A stretch of 44,651 nt of DNA from a virus (lineage: Duplodnaviria > Heunggongvirae > Uroviricota > Caudoviricetes): the IMG/VR virus record IMGVR_UViG_3300042691_019384, positions 1 through 44,651 of that record; one strand, given 5' to 3'. This document shows, piece after piece, positions 36,093 through 44,651 of this stretch (within the stretch, counting starts at the first letter, position 1; the number at the start of each line of letters is the position of its first letter). The position numbers and the translations under genes were made by a program. Below the pieces are notes generated by a model. The model was not told the DNA's origin. It searched no databases and saw nothing but the letters and a program-made list of their open reading frames with translations.

Positions 36093-37913
36093 ATGGCAAA
36101 TCAAGGTATTAATTACTCTTCCAGAAACTTTGTGGATATACGTACTGACCTTATTAATATGGTTAGACAATATTATAGTGAGTTTTTTAATGATTTTAAC
36201 GATGCATCCATCGGACTAATGCTTCTGGAACTCAATGCAGCTGTAGGTGACATGTTGTCACATAATACTGACAGAATGTTCCAAGAGACACAAATAGATT
36301 ATGCACAAGAGAGAAAATCTATATTATCATTAGCAAGGACATTTGGGTTAAAGGTACCAGGTAAAAGACCTAGTGTAACAATTGTTGATTTCACGGTAAC
36401 AGTACCGACATTTGGTGATACATTTGATGTTTCATATGCGCCAATAATAAGAATTGGTTCACAAGTAACTGGTGCAGGTAAAGTATTTGAAACTATGTCA
36501 GATATTGATTTTTCAAGTCCATTTACAATTGGTGGTATACCAAATAGATTAATTCTACCAAATTTTGATGCTAATGGCAATGTTATAAATTATAATTTGG
36601 TAAAGAGAGAAATGGTCGTTAATGGTTACACAAAATATTATCAAAGACCAATTACAGTTAGTGATGTTGTTCCTTTTTTAGAAGTTGTATTACCAGATAC
36701 AAATGTTTTGTCTATTGATTCAGTAATTACATTAGATGGCACAAATTATCCAACAACACCAAATATTGATAACTTTTTTAATAATGATTTAAGGTGGTTT
36801 GAAGTTGATGCTTTGGCTGAAGATAAAATTTATGTTGAAGATACAACAAGAGCATCAGATAATTCAAATGTTTTGGTTGGTAAATGGATAAAAACAACAA
36901 AAAAATTCATGACAGAATACACTGACTTGGGTTTTTATAAAATGATTTTTGGTAGTGGTTCAAGAGATGTCACAAGTTTATGTGATTTTGATTCAAATAT
37001 TGCTTTAATAAATCAAATTGGTGATTTCGTTAATAATAACACATTAGGTGAAACACTAAAACCAAATACAACATTATTTGTTAAATATAGAGTTGGTGGT
37101 GGTGCTGATACAAATCTTGGGGTTAATGTTATTAATGGATTAGGATTACTAGATATGACAGTAAATGGCCCAGACCAGACAATAAATAGTGCTGTTAGAA
37201 CATCATTAACTGTCAATAACGCATTTCCAGCGTTAGGTGGTAGAGATGAACCTAGTGTTAATGAATTAAGGAATTTGGTTAAATATAATTTTGCTTCTCA
37301 GAATAGAGCAGTTACAATTAAAGATTATCAAGCAAGAATTGCATTAATGCCTGGTAGATTTGGTGTACCATTTAGATGTGGTGTCTTTGAAGAACAAAAC
37401 AAAATAAACATATACATATTAGGATTAAATGCACAAGGAAAACTAAGCAATACATCAACAAGCACATTAAGAGATAATATAGCCACTTATTTGGCTCAAT
37501 ATAGAATGTTAAATGATTATGTTCAAGTAACTAACGGTAGGATAATAAATTTAGCGTTTGAAGTTGATTTATATATTGATAAGAGACAACCACAATCAAG
37601 CATTGTAACACAAGTAATAATAACCATACAGAATTATATGAATATCAATAATTTTGAAATGGGTGATAATATATACATGTCACAATTGATTGAGGCAATA
37701 AATAATGTTGGTGGTGTATTAAACGTAATTGATTTAAGAGTGTTTAATAAAGTAGGTGAAGGTAAATATAGTTTAAATGAGATTTCACAACCTTATTTGG
37801 ATTCAACAACCAGACAAGTTGATATATCACAAGATTTTACTTTATTCGGGGAACCAACAAGTTTATATGAAATTAAATTCCCTGAAACTGATATTAAAGT
37901 AAGGGTCAAATAA
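36093..37913 (+). CDS. Baseplate wedge subunit (T4 gp6 / baseplate J-like)
   Basis: YSSRNF.DIR.DL, LLELNAAVGDMLS, A..FG.K, KYRVGGG, GGRDE..V.E and QNRAVT.KDY motifs; follows gp25. Confidence 0.9.
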   Translation: MANQGINYSSRNFVDIRTDLINMVRQYYSEFFNDFNDASIGLMLLELNAAVGDMLSHNTDRMFQETQIDYAQERKSILSLARTFGLKVPGKRPSVTIVDFTVTVPTFGDTFDVSYAPIIRIGSQVTGAGKVFETMSDIDFSSPFTIGGIPNRLILPNFDANGNVINYNLVKREMVVNGYTKYYQRPITVSDVVPFLEVVLPDTNVLSIDSVITLDGTNYPTTPNIDNFFNNDLRWFEVDALAEDKIYVEDTTRASDNSNVLVGKWIKTTKKFMTEYTDLGFYKMIFGSGSRDVTSLCDFDSNIALINQIGDFVNNNTLGETLKPNTTLFVKYRVGGGADTNLGVNVINGLGLLDMTVNGPDQTINSAVRTSLTVNNAFPALGGRDEPSVNELRNLVKYNFASQNRAVTIKDYQARIALMPGRFGVPFRCGVFEEQNKINIYILGLNAQGKLSNTSTSTLRDNIATYLAQYRMLNDYVQVTNGRIINLAFEVDLYIDKRQPQSSIVTQVIITIQNYMNINNFEMGDNIYMSQLIEAINNVGGVLNVIDLRVFNKVGEGKYSLNEISQPYLDSTTRQVDISQDFTLFGEPTSLYEIKFPETDIKVRVK

Positions 37914-37970
37914 ACTGTTTTCTTTAACAATAAAATAATTATATTATTTAATAATAAAACGATAAAAACA

Positions 37971-38321
37971 ATGAGTTGTGGATGTAAAAGTGGTGATATA
38001 ACACCAACAAATTTAAGTAATAATGAAAATAAAATTTCTGTTAGTAACGTTAAAAATACGTTAATTAATAGTATGTATTTTTTATTTGTATTAATAATTG
38101 GTTTACCATTTATTAATATATTTTTTATTTGGTTTTTATTTAAAACTATTGTTGTTAATCAGAATATTGATATTACAAATTTATTAGCGATTGTGGCTAA
38201 GAAAATGAATGTTAAATTAAATGAAGAGCCAGAGGAAGATGATGATTATGAAGAATTAAGCGTATTAACTGAAGATGATGTTGTATTATTGGATGTTGAA
38301 GACATAACAAGTAAAAATTAA
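37971..38321 (+). CDS. Small single-pass membrane protein
   Basis: MSCGCK N-terminus, hydrophobic MYFLFVLIIGLPFINIFFIWFLF and acidic C-terminus. Confidence 0.6.
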   Translation: MSCGCKSGDITPTNLSNNENKISVSNVKNTLINSMYFLFVLIIGLPFINIFFIWFLFKTIVVNQNIDITNLLAIVAKKMNVKLNEEPEEDDDYEELSVLTEDDVVLLDVEDITSKN

Positions 38322-38330
38322 TTCTGTTAA

Positions 38331-41300
38331 ATGTCTAAAACAATAAGAATAAGAACAACACCAAATGGATTAGATAAGTACATAAAAGTACCTATTGAAC
38401 AAGAATTTGATTTTATTGAGATATTAAGTTTAAGAATATCTCAAGAAGAGGCTTATAGGAACTTTTGTGCTGATTATGGTGCAATAGTTGGGAGGGTAAC
38501 AATAAACTCTGGATTTGGGGTTCCTAATGCCAAGGTAAGTGTTTTTATACCTATTGATGATATTGATAAAGAAGACCCATTAATTAGTGGTCTATATCCT
38601 TATGAAGTTATTACTGATAGGAATATTGATGGTGTAAGATATAATCTATTGCCTAAAAATGCTGATGTTGGTAATGATTGCTATACACCAGTTGGAACAT
38701 TCCCTGATAAGCGTGAGATACTTAATAATGAAGTTTTAAATAAAATATATTGTAAATATTATAAATTCACCACAACAACAAATCACGCTGGTGATTTTAT
38801 GCTTTTTGGAGTCCCTGTTGGAACTTATACCTTACATATTGATGCTGATATATCAGACATTGGTATCGCATCACAGAGGCCTTATGATTTAATAAATCAA
38901 GGTTCATCTGAAAAGTTATTTGAAAGTACAACAAAATTTAAAGGTGGTACAAATTTAGATAAATTACCACAAATAAAAACATCAAATGCTGGTGTTAATG
39001 TCAGACCTTTTTGGGGAAATTTTGAAACGTGTGAGATAGGAATAACAAGGGTTGATTTTGATTTAAACTATACATTAATACCTAATGCTATTTTTATGGG
39101 TAGTATATTTGGTGACCAAGATAAAAATAGTGTAAATAAAAATTGTAGACCAAGAAGAAAATTAGGTTTATTATGTGAACAAGAAACAAGTCAAGGAACC
39201 ATTAATATGATTAGAAAAACTATTGATGGTTCAATAGAATCTTTTGATGTTGAGGGTGGACAAGTTATTGATGAAAATGGTGCTTGGGCTTATCAGATAC
39301 CTATGAATCTTGATTATGTTGTTACTGATGAATTTGGTAATTTACAATTAACAGAAGACCCTAATGTTGGAATACCAACAAGAGCTAGTGTTAGGTTTAA
39401 AATAGGTATGGATGATACTGGTGGTGAAGGTAGACTTAGGACAAGAGCAAAATATTTGGTACCAAATAACCCACAAAACCAGAGTGAAATTGATTATGAA
39501 TTTGGTCCAGACACAAAAGATACAAGTTTTAGGGATTTATATTGGAATAAGATATATACAGTAAGTTCATTTATATCAAGGTATCAAAAAGTTGGTGCTG
39601 GTCCAAGAGATAGAAATTCAACAGGGTTAAAGAATATTGATGATTGCGTTGGAGATAAAACACCATTTCCTTATAATAAAATACATACAGACACAAATCC
39701 AATTTTTTCAGTATTATGTTTATTAATTAATATAATTGGACAAATTGTTTGGGGTTTAAATAACCTTATATTACCACCAATAAATGTTTTATTTTATATA
39801 TTCACTTGGGTTGTTAATACAATTGTAGCTTATATAATAAACCCTATATTGGCAGTATTAATTGTTATTTTATTTATAGTTTTAGGTATTATATCTATAA
39901 TATTATTTGCTATTTCGTTACCAATAAGCTTATTAGCACCATCACTAGGTCAACAGTTAAGAGATTTCGTAAACCCTTCACAAAGTAGATGTTTTGACCC
40001 AAATGTTAAAACAAAAAGCTTATGGTGTGCTTTTTATGAGTTAGAAAAAAATTTCCCCCTTAAAAAAATATTAGAAGACGCTGATGGCAATAATATTGGT
40101 TGTTTAACAATAGAATGTGGTGAAGACTCACCAAAAGTATACGCACCAGGTTGTAGAAAAGATAATATACTTGAAAATAGGGCGATTAAACTTTTTAAAT
40201 TTAGTTTTTATATTGTAGCTGGTATTTTACATTTTACATTGGGTCAAATAGTAAATTTATTTGCAATTATTTTAGGTAATAAAAAATTAAAATTCCCTGA
40301 TGATGTTGAACCAAAATGGAAAACAACTTGGGAAACAGCTAATGATAGAAAACCAATAGATGTATACCCAGGAAAAAATTGTCCAACTGGTATAGATGGT
40401 GTCTTTAATTTATGTAGTCTTGATGAATGTATTTCATTACAAATTGCAAAGGCTTTAGGTTTATTTGAATTTGATTTTTATAATGATTGGATTAATGGTT
40501 CATTATATTCTTTTTTATTAAAATATAAAAAAATAAGAAGAAATAAAAAAGAAAAATTTTGTGATGTCGATTGTCGTATAGGAGATTCAGAAAATAATTG
40601 TAACAATGTTAAGTTAATTGATACTTGTTATAATTGTAATGGAGCTAGTGTATATACTCAAGCATGTTCTTTAGGCGGTTTAACAGGCGGTGGTTTTGAT
40701 GATTGTCAAGCACAATATAAAGATTTTATACTAAACAATAGAGAAGGGCTTGTAAAAAAGTTTAATGATGATTTATATTATGCCGCAACATCAAGAAATG
40801 GTGATGTTAAATTCTTTGCAACAGATATTATATCATTAGGTTCAGTATTTGATTGTGATTGGCAAGGACAACCAAAACTACAACAGTTTTTAATTCCAAC
40901 AACATATAAATTACCACCAGATATATCAGAATATTTTGAAGACAACAACAATAATAAAATATTAGTTGAAACTGGTATGATTGATTTAACAGATAAAAAA
41001 GATGGGTTATTTTTTGCTATCAATTGTTGTGGTGTCCATGTTGATTCTAGACAATGTTCAAATATTAGACACATATGTGAATATGGTGTTGATATAGATG
41101 AACAAAAAATAGACCCAGTTAATAATACTATAATAGCACCAGATGGTGTTATTGGTAGTAACGATATTGATACAGATTTTGGTATTCAATTTAGAAATGA
41201 TTTTACAATTTTAAATAAACCATACTCTTTAAATACAATACCAGATACTCTTTTTAATAAAAATAATACAAACACTTTTTCAGTTGATTCATTAACAGAA

Positions 41301-42740
41301 AATGGTAAAGAATATGTGGAATTTAGAGGGTTTAATCCTAGTAATTATCAGACTAGTTTTTCACAACCAAAACATTCTTACTATTTTTATTTTGGTATTA
41401 TACCAGGTAAATCAGCTGTTGAAAAATTAACAAAAAAATATTTTGTAACTTGCCCTGTTGTTCAAAAAAGTGTCTTAACAATTGACGCAACATCAACAGT
41501 GGTTAATAATCAAGCTTTAAATAATGGTACAATAACATTCTCATTTATTGGTGTTAATTCACCATTTTCATATACTGTTACTGGACCTAATTCATATAAT
41601 AACACTGGTACAGTACAAGGTAATAATCAAGTAGTATTAAATGGTTTAGTACAAGGACAATACATAATAAGCGGTACAGATAGTTTAGGTTATCCAGTTA
41701 ATAAAACAATAACAGTAGGTGGACCAATACCATTGTATGGTGTTGTTAGTGTAACAAAGAACGTATCATCAGTATTGGCTAATGATGGTGAAATAACTAT
41801 TGCTTCTGTTGGTGGTGGATTACCACCATATTCTTATATCTTAAGAAATGGTCTTGGTGGGATTATTTCAACAGGTAATAACATAACACCACCATTAGTG
41901 TTATCAAATTTACCAGTTGATAATACTATAGGATATTCATTAACTATAACTGATAATTCACTTCCACAACAAACGACATTAATTAGCGGATTAACAGTAG
42001 GTGGACCAACTTCAATTGCGGTAACAACAACTAAAACAGATGAACAATGTTTTAATAGTGGTAATGGGTCTATATTAATTACAGTTAATGGCGGAACACA
42101 ACCATATGGTGTTCAAACAACTGGACCTAATAGCTTCTTTAGCACGTCATTAAATTTACAGAATTTAACATCTGGTACATATATAACAAACGTAGTTGAT
42201 TCTAACAATACATCAGCAACAACTAGCACTATTGTTAGTTCATTAAATCAGCAATTAACAATATCTGCTGGGACACAAGCAGAATTAACAAAACAATGTA
42301 GTCCTAATCAATATATTGTAACATTTAGGATTACATCTGGTTTAAATCCAAATAGCACAGCGTATGTTGAATATAGTTTAGATGGTGGTACCTATATACA
42401 AACAACAATGCCATTTGTTAATTCAAGTACACCTATGACATTAACAATACCATCAAATCAATTAAACTCTAATATTAGAATAAGATTTAGTAATACATCT
42501 AATTATACATGTGTTAGTAATGAAATACAGATACCTATATTCATAATGCCGCTACCAATAGCACCATTAAATTCTACAATAACTGTTAGTGGTAACATTA
42601 GAACAATAAACACACCAACAGGTGGGTTCTCACCATACACTAGCACACCATTCCCTATTAATCAGGCTATAACTAGCAATTCACCAATAACAGTAACAAT
42701 AACAGATAATGTTGGTTGCACAATAACAATAACAGGATAA
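38331..42740 (+). CDS. Large baseplate-associated protein with a long hydrophobic segment, Cys-rich region and SprB-like Ig repeats
   Basis: 1469 aa; 82 uncharged residues at 39702-39947; C-terminal repeats such as DGEITIASVGGGLPPYSY and GSILITVNGGTQPYGV..NLTSGTYITNVVDSN. Confidence 0.6.
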   Translation: MSKTIRIRTTPNGLDKYIKVPIEQEFDFIEILSLRISQEEAYRNFCADYGAIVGRVTINSGFGVPNAKVSVFIPIDDIDKEDPLISGLYPYEVITDRNIDGVRYNLLPKNADVGNDCYTPVGTFPDKREILNNEVLNKIYCKYYKFTTTTNHAGDFMLFGVPVGTYTLHIDADISDIGIASQRPYDLINQGSSEKLFESTTKFKGGTNLDKLPQIKTSNAGVNVRPFWGNFETCEIGITRVDFDLNYTLIPNAIFMGSIFGDQDKNSVNKNCRPRRKLGLLCEQETSQGTINMIRKTIDGSIESFDVEGGQVIDENGAWAYQIPMNLDYVVTDEFGNLQLTEDPNVGIPTRASVRFKIGMDDTGGEGRLRTRAKYLVPNNPQNQSEIDYEFGPDTKDTSFRDLYWNKIYTVSSFISRYQKVGAGPRDRNSTGLKNIDDCVGDKTPFPYNKIHTDTNPIFSVLCLLINIIGQIVWGLNNLILPPINVLFYIFTWVVNTIVAYIINPILAVLIVILFIVLGIISIILFAISLPISLLAPSLGQQLRDFVNPSQSRCFDPNVKTKSLWCAFYELEKNFPLKKILEDADGNNIGCLTIECGEDSPKVYAPGCRKDNILENRAIKLFKFSFYIVAGILHFTLGQIVNLFAIILGNKKLKFPDDVEPKWKTTWETANDRKPIDVYPGKNCPTGIDGVFNLCSLDECISLQIAKALGLFEFDFYNDWINGSLYSFLLKYKKIRRNKKEKFCDVDCRIGDSENNCNNVKLIDTCYNCNGASVYTQACSLGGLTGGGFDDCQAQYKDFILNNREGLVKKFNDDLYYAATSRNGDVKFFATDIISLGSVFDCDWQGQPKLQQFLIPTTYKLPPDISEYFEDNNNNKILVETGMIDLTDKKDGLFFAINCCGVHVDSRQCSNIRHICEYGVDIDEQKIDPVNNTIIAPDGVIGSNDIDTDFGIQFRNDFTILNKPYSLNTIPDTLFNKNNTNTFSVDSLTENGKEYVEFRGFNPSNYQTSFSQPKHSYYFYFGIIPGKSAVEKLTKKYFVTCPVVQKSVLTIDATSTVVNNQALNNGTITFSFIGVNSPFSYTVTGPNSYNNTGTVQGNNQVVLNGLVQGQYIISGTDSLGYPVNKTITVGGPIPLYGVVSVTKNVSSVLANDGEITIASVGGGLPPYSYILRNGLGGIISTGNNITPPLVLSNLPVDNTIGYSLTITDNSLPQQTTLISGLTVGGPTSIAVTTTKTDEQCFNSGNGSILITVNGGTQPYGVQTTGPNSFFSTSLNLQNLTSGTYITNVVDSNNTSATTSTIVSSLNQQLTISAGTQAELTKQCSPNQYIVTFRITSGLNPNSTAYVEYSLDGGTYIQTTMPFVNSSTPMTLTIPSNQLNSNIRIRFSNTSNYTCVSNEIQIPIFIMPLPIAPLNSTITVSGNIRTINTPTGGFSPYTSTPFPINQAITSNSPITVTITDNVGCTITITG

Positions 42741-42742
42741 TT

Positions 42743-44449
42743 ATGAACGAAGAAAGAATACAACAAATACTGAATGTAAATACGTCAAAAAATTCTGTTA
42801 ATACAGATACGTTATTAAAAATAAATTTAGATAGCACACAAAAATTATTACCAAATGATGATATTAATAATATTGTTGACGTTGGTGAAATATTTGATAG
42901 AGAAAGAAACAAATGTTCTTTTTATAGAATTATTGGCACATTAAATTCAACAGTATCAAATGGATTAATTAACTTAAATAATTCATTGGTTAATGATGAG
43001 TATACTTATAGTACTTTCAATAACACAATTTTTAATGGTGACACATATTTTGATAGAATAACAAATAATTTAAAAGATATTGATGGTTGGTTTGGATATT
43101 ATAACCCTAATAAAACAACTTTTGGGTTATGTAATTTTATTGACATGGAACCAAAAAGAGAAAGGTTTTCATTTATATCAGATATTAAACCATATAATAC
43201 TTCAGTACCACAACCTATCAGTAATTGGGATTTAACTATAACATATCCAGCTGCTGTTGATTCTGGTCATACTATGGTATTAAACGGGTTATTAATTTGC
43301 GATGCGTTACCAGCGACTATATCAACAATATCAATGGTGGCGATAGGATTACCATGTAAACATAATTTATCTATAGGAGATACGGTTAGAATAACAGGTA
43401 CAAACGGTTATGATGGTGACCATACTGTTGTTAGAACTGGTTTAGATAATGGTGATTTAAAAGAAAACTATTTTGTTATAAATAGACCACCAACAGGTGC
43501 TATATCTGGTAACTCAAGAATTAAAAGATTATCTGATGGTTTTGAATCAAAATATTATTTTAGAATTTTTAGAAAAATAAAAACAAGAAATTCACAAGTA
43601 ATAGAACCAGATGATTACGAAATATATAAATTGGCTTTTAGTCAAAATATATTTTCTGATTTTATAACCCAATTCACATTTAATGAGGATATTGATGTAT
43701 CTAATTTAGTTGATAATCTTGGCAGACCTTTAAGTGAATTATATTTAACTATAGTTAAAACAAGTAGCAATGGGTTATTTACAAATGTATCTTCAGGTAT
43801 TGAAACACCATTTATATCTAATTTAAATACTAGTTTAACAAATACGTATTTAACATCAATACCAGTAATAAATAAAATACATAATGGTGGGTCATCACCA
43901 TTTCCTACACATATACCATTAGAGAATAATGTTTTATTTAGTAGCACTGATTTTTATGGTGATTTAGTTGATTATAACCAAAATGAGCTTATAGAAACGG
44001 TATTAGCTGATGTTTACCATAGATTTAATACAAACAATAGGGAAACTAACCCACAATTAGTTACAAATACAACAATTAATTTAGGACCTAGACAAGAGGG
44101 TTATTATTATAAATCACATCACTTGATTAAAATAAGAAACTTTTCAAGTTATATTGAGCAAGGTGATGAATTTACAGAAAACAAACCATCATATGCTATT
44201 AACATGGGTGATGGTAGATATTTGTGGAGAGATTTATTACCAATTGGGTATAATGATACGACTAATGAATTCTTAGACTATCCTTTTACAAACAATGCTC
44301 ATTATATGTATGGTAATTATTGTTTTTTAGTTAAAAGACAAGACCCATTTAATGAGTGGGGGTTATATTATGCTAAGTTTCCAGCTGACCCTATTGAAAA
44401 TAAAGTTACAGATAGGTTTAATACCAATTCTGCTGAAGATGTTTGTTAA
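42743..44449 (+). CDS. Putative structural (baseplate/tail) protein
   Basis: ATG 42743, 2 nt after the previous stop, is preferred over 42716. Contains HNLSIGDTVRITGTNGYDG, a small beta-barrel insertion of a type seen in phage structural proteins. Confidence 0.55.
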   Translation: MNEERIQQILNVNTSKNSVNTDTLLKINLDSTQKLLPNDDINNIVDVGEIFDRERNKCSFYRIIGTLNSTVSNGLINLNNSLVNDEYTYSTFNNTIFNGDTYFDRITNNLKDIDGWFGYYNPNKTTFGLCNFIDMEPKRERFSFISDIKPYNTSVPQPISNWDLTITYPAAVDSGHTMVLNGLLICDALPATISTISMVAIGLPCKHNLSIGDTVRITGTNGYDGDHTVVRTGLDNGDLKENYFVINRPPTGAISGNSRIKRLSDGFESKYYFRIFRKIKTRNSQVIEPDDYEIYKLAFSQNIFSDFITQFTFNEDIDVSNLVDNLGRPLSELYLTIVKTSSNGLFTNVSSGIETPFISNLNTSLTNTYLTSIPVINKIHNGGSSPFPTHIPLENNVLFSSTDFYGDLVDYNQNELIETVLADVYHRFNTNNRETNPQLVTNTTINLGPRQEGYYYKSHHLIKIRNFSSYIEQGDEFTENKPSYAINMGDGRYLWRDLLPIGYNDTTNEFLDYPFTNNAHYMYGNYCFLVKRQDPFNEWGLYYAKFPADPIENKVTDRFNTNSAEDVC

Positions 44450-44454
44450 TTATT

Positions 44455-44651
44455 ATGAATAGATACCAAATAAGAATAGATAGTACAACAACAGCAACAA
44501 CAATTAATATTCCATTTACTATGGAATATCAATTAGCTGACCAAGCAGAATTAATAGATAGAGTATTTGTTGATGTTGAAACAGAAAATGCGATTAACCC
44601 TATCATAGATTTTGATAAAACAAGATATATACCAGTTGATTTAAATAATAA
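44455..44651 (+). CDS. Putative structural protein, 3'-truncated at the window edge
   Basis: Hand translation MNRYQIRIDSTTTATTINIPFTMEYQLADQAELIDRVFVDVETENAINPIIDFDKTRYIPVDLNN, open to the window end. Confidence 0.65.
   Translation, partial: MNRYQIRIDSTTTATTINIPFTMEYQLADQAELIDRVFVDVETENAINPIIDFDKTRYIPVDLNN

Noticed and set aside
482-43947. The many short minus-strand and nested ORFs in the track (e.g. 3128-3583, 6401-6871, 19120-19509, 35153-35590, 43642-43947)
   Set aside because: They lie antisense to, or inside, long motif-bearing genes, show the Ser/Leu/Ile/Phe-rich composition of antisense shadows, and have no promoters or recognisable motifs.
1-44651. Stop-codon reassignment, as seen in some large phages
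   Set aside because: Genes up to 5.5 kb are open under the standard bacterial code, coding density is high, and the breaks seen have other explanations.
1-44651. tRNA, rRNA or other structured ncRNA genes
   Set aside because: Intergenic gaps are short and AT-rich; the only stems found are terminators or the 31154-31205 hairpin, and no cloverleaf or T-loop motif was seen. A covariance-model scan would be needed to exclude them fully.

Overview
This window is a very AT-rich segment of a large contractile-tailed (myovirus, distant T4-superfamily) phage genome. The host is probably Bacteroidota, inferred from TTG-N20-TAnnTTTG promoters, the lack of Shine-Dalgarno motifs and SprB-type repeats. 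In order it holds: a tail/baseplate block (gp26-like and gp51-like chaperones, tape measure, tube initiator, LysM wedge, hub fused to an M23 peptidase, lysozyme); a replication and nucleotide block (gp32-like SSB, RecA/UvsX, 5'-3' exonuclease, DnaB/gp41 helicase, NrdB); a cluster of small leader-bearing genes with ADP-ribosyltransferase-like domains; an inverted tail-tube gene; a fractured nrdA; a cassette array; and a second baseplate block (gp25, gp6, a large SprB-repeat protein). Two observations stand out. (1) nrdA is split at its catalytic Asn-Leu|Cys-x-Glu motif by a naturally split intein. Between the halves lies a free-standing TnsA-like PD-(D/E)XK endonuclease whose start codon directly follows a perfect 23-bp hairpin containing a late-promoter motif. 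(2) An array of self-contained cassettes shares a near-identical terminator, late promoter and 33-codon leader (and, in two cases, the same 3' end) but carries unrelated cargo domains. Together with related leaders elsewhere in the window, this suggests a modular system for loading variable effector proteins into the capsid. All product calls come from motif recognition by eye; no database searches were run.
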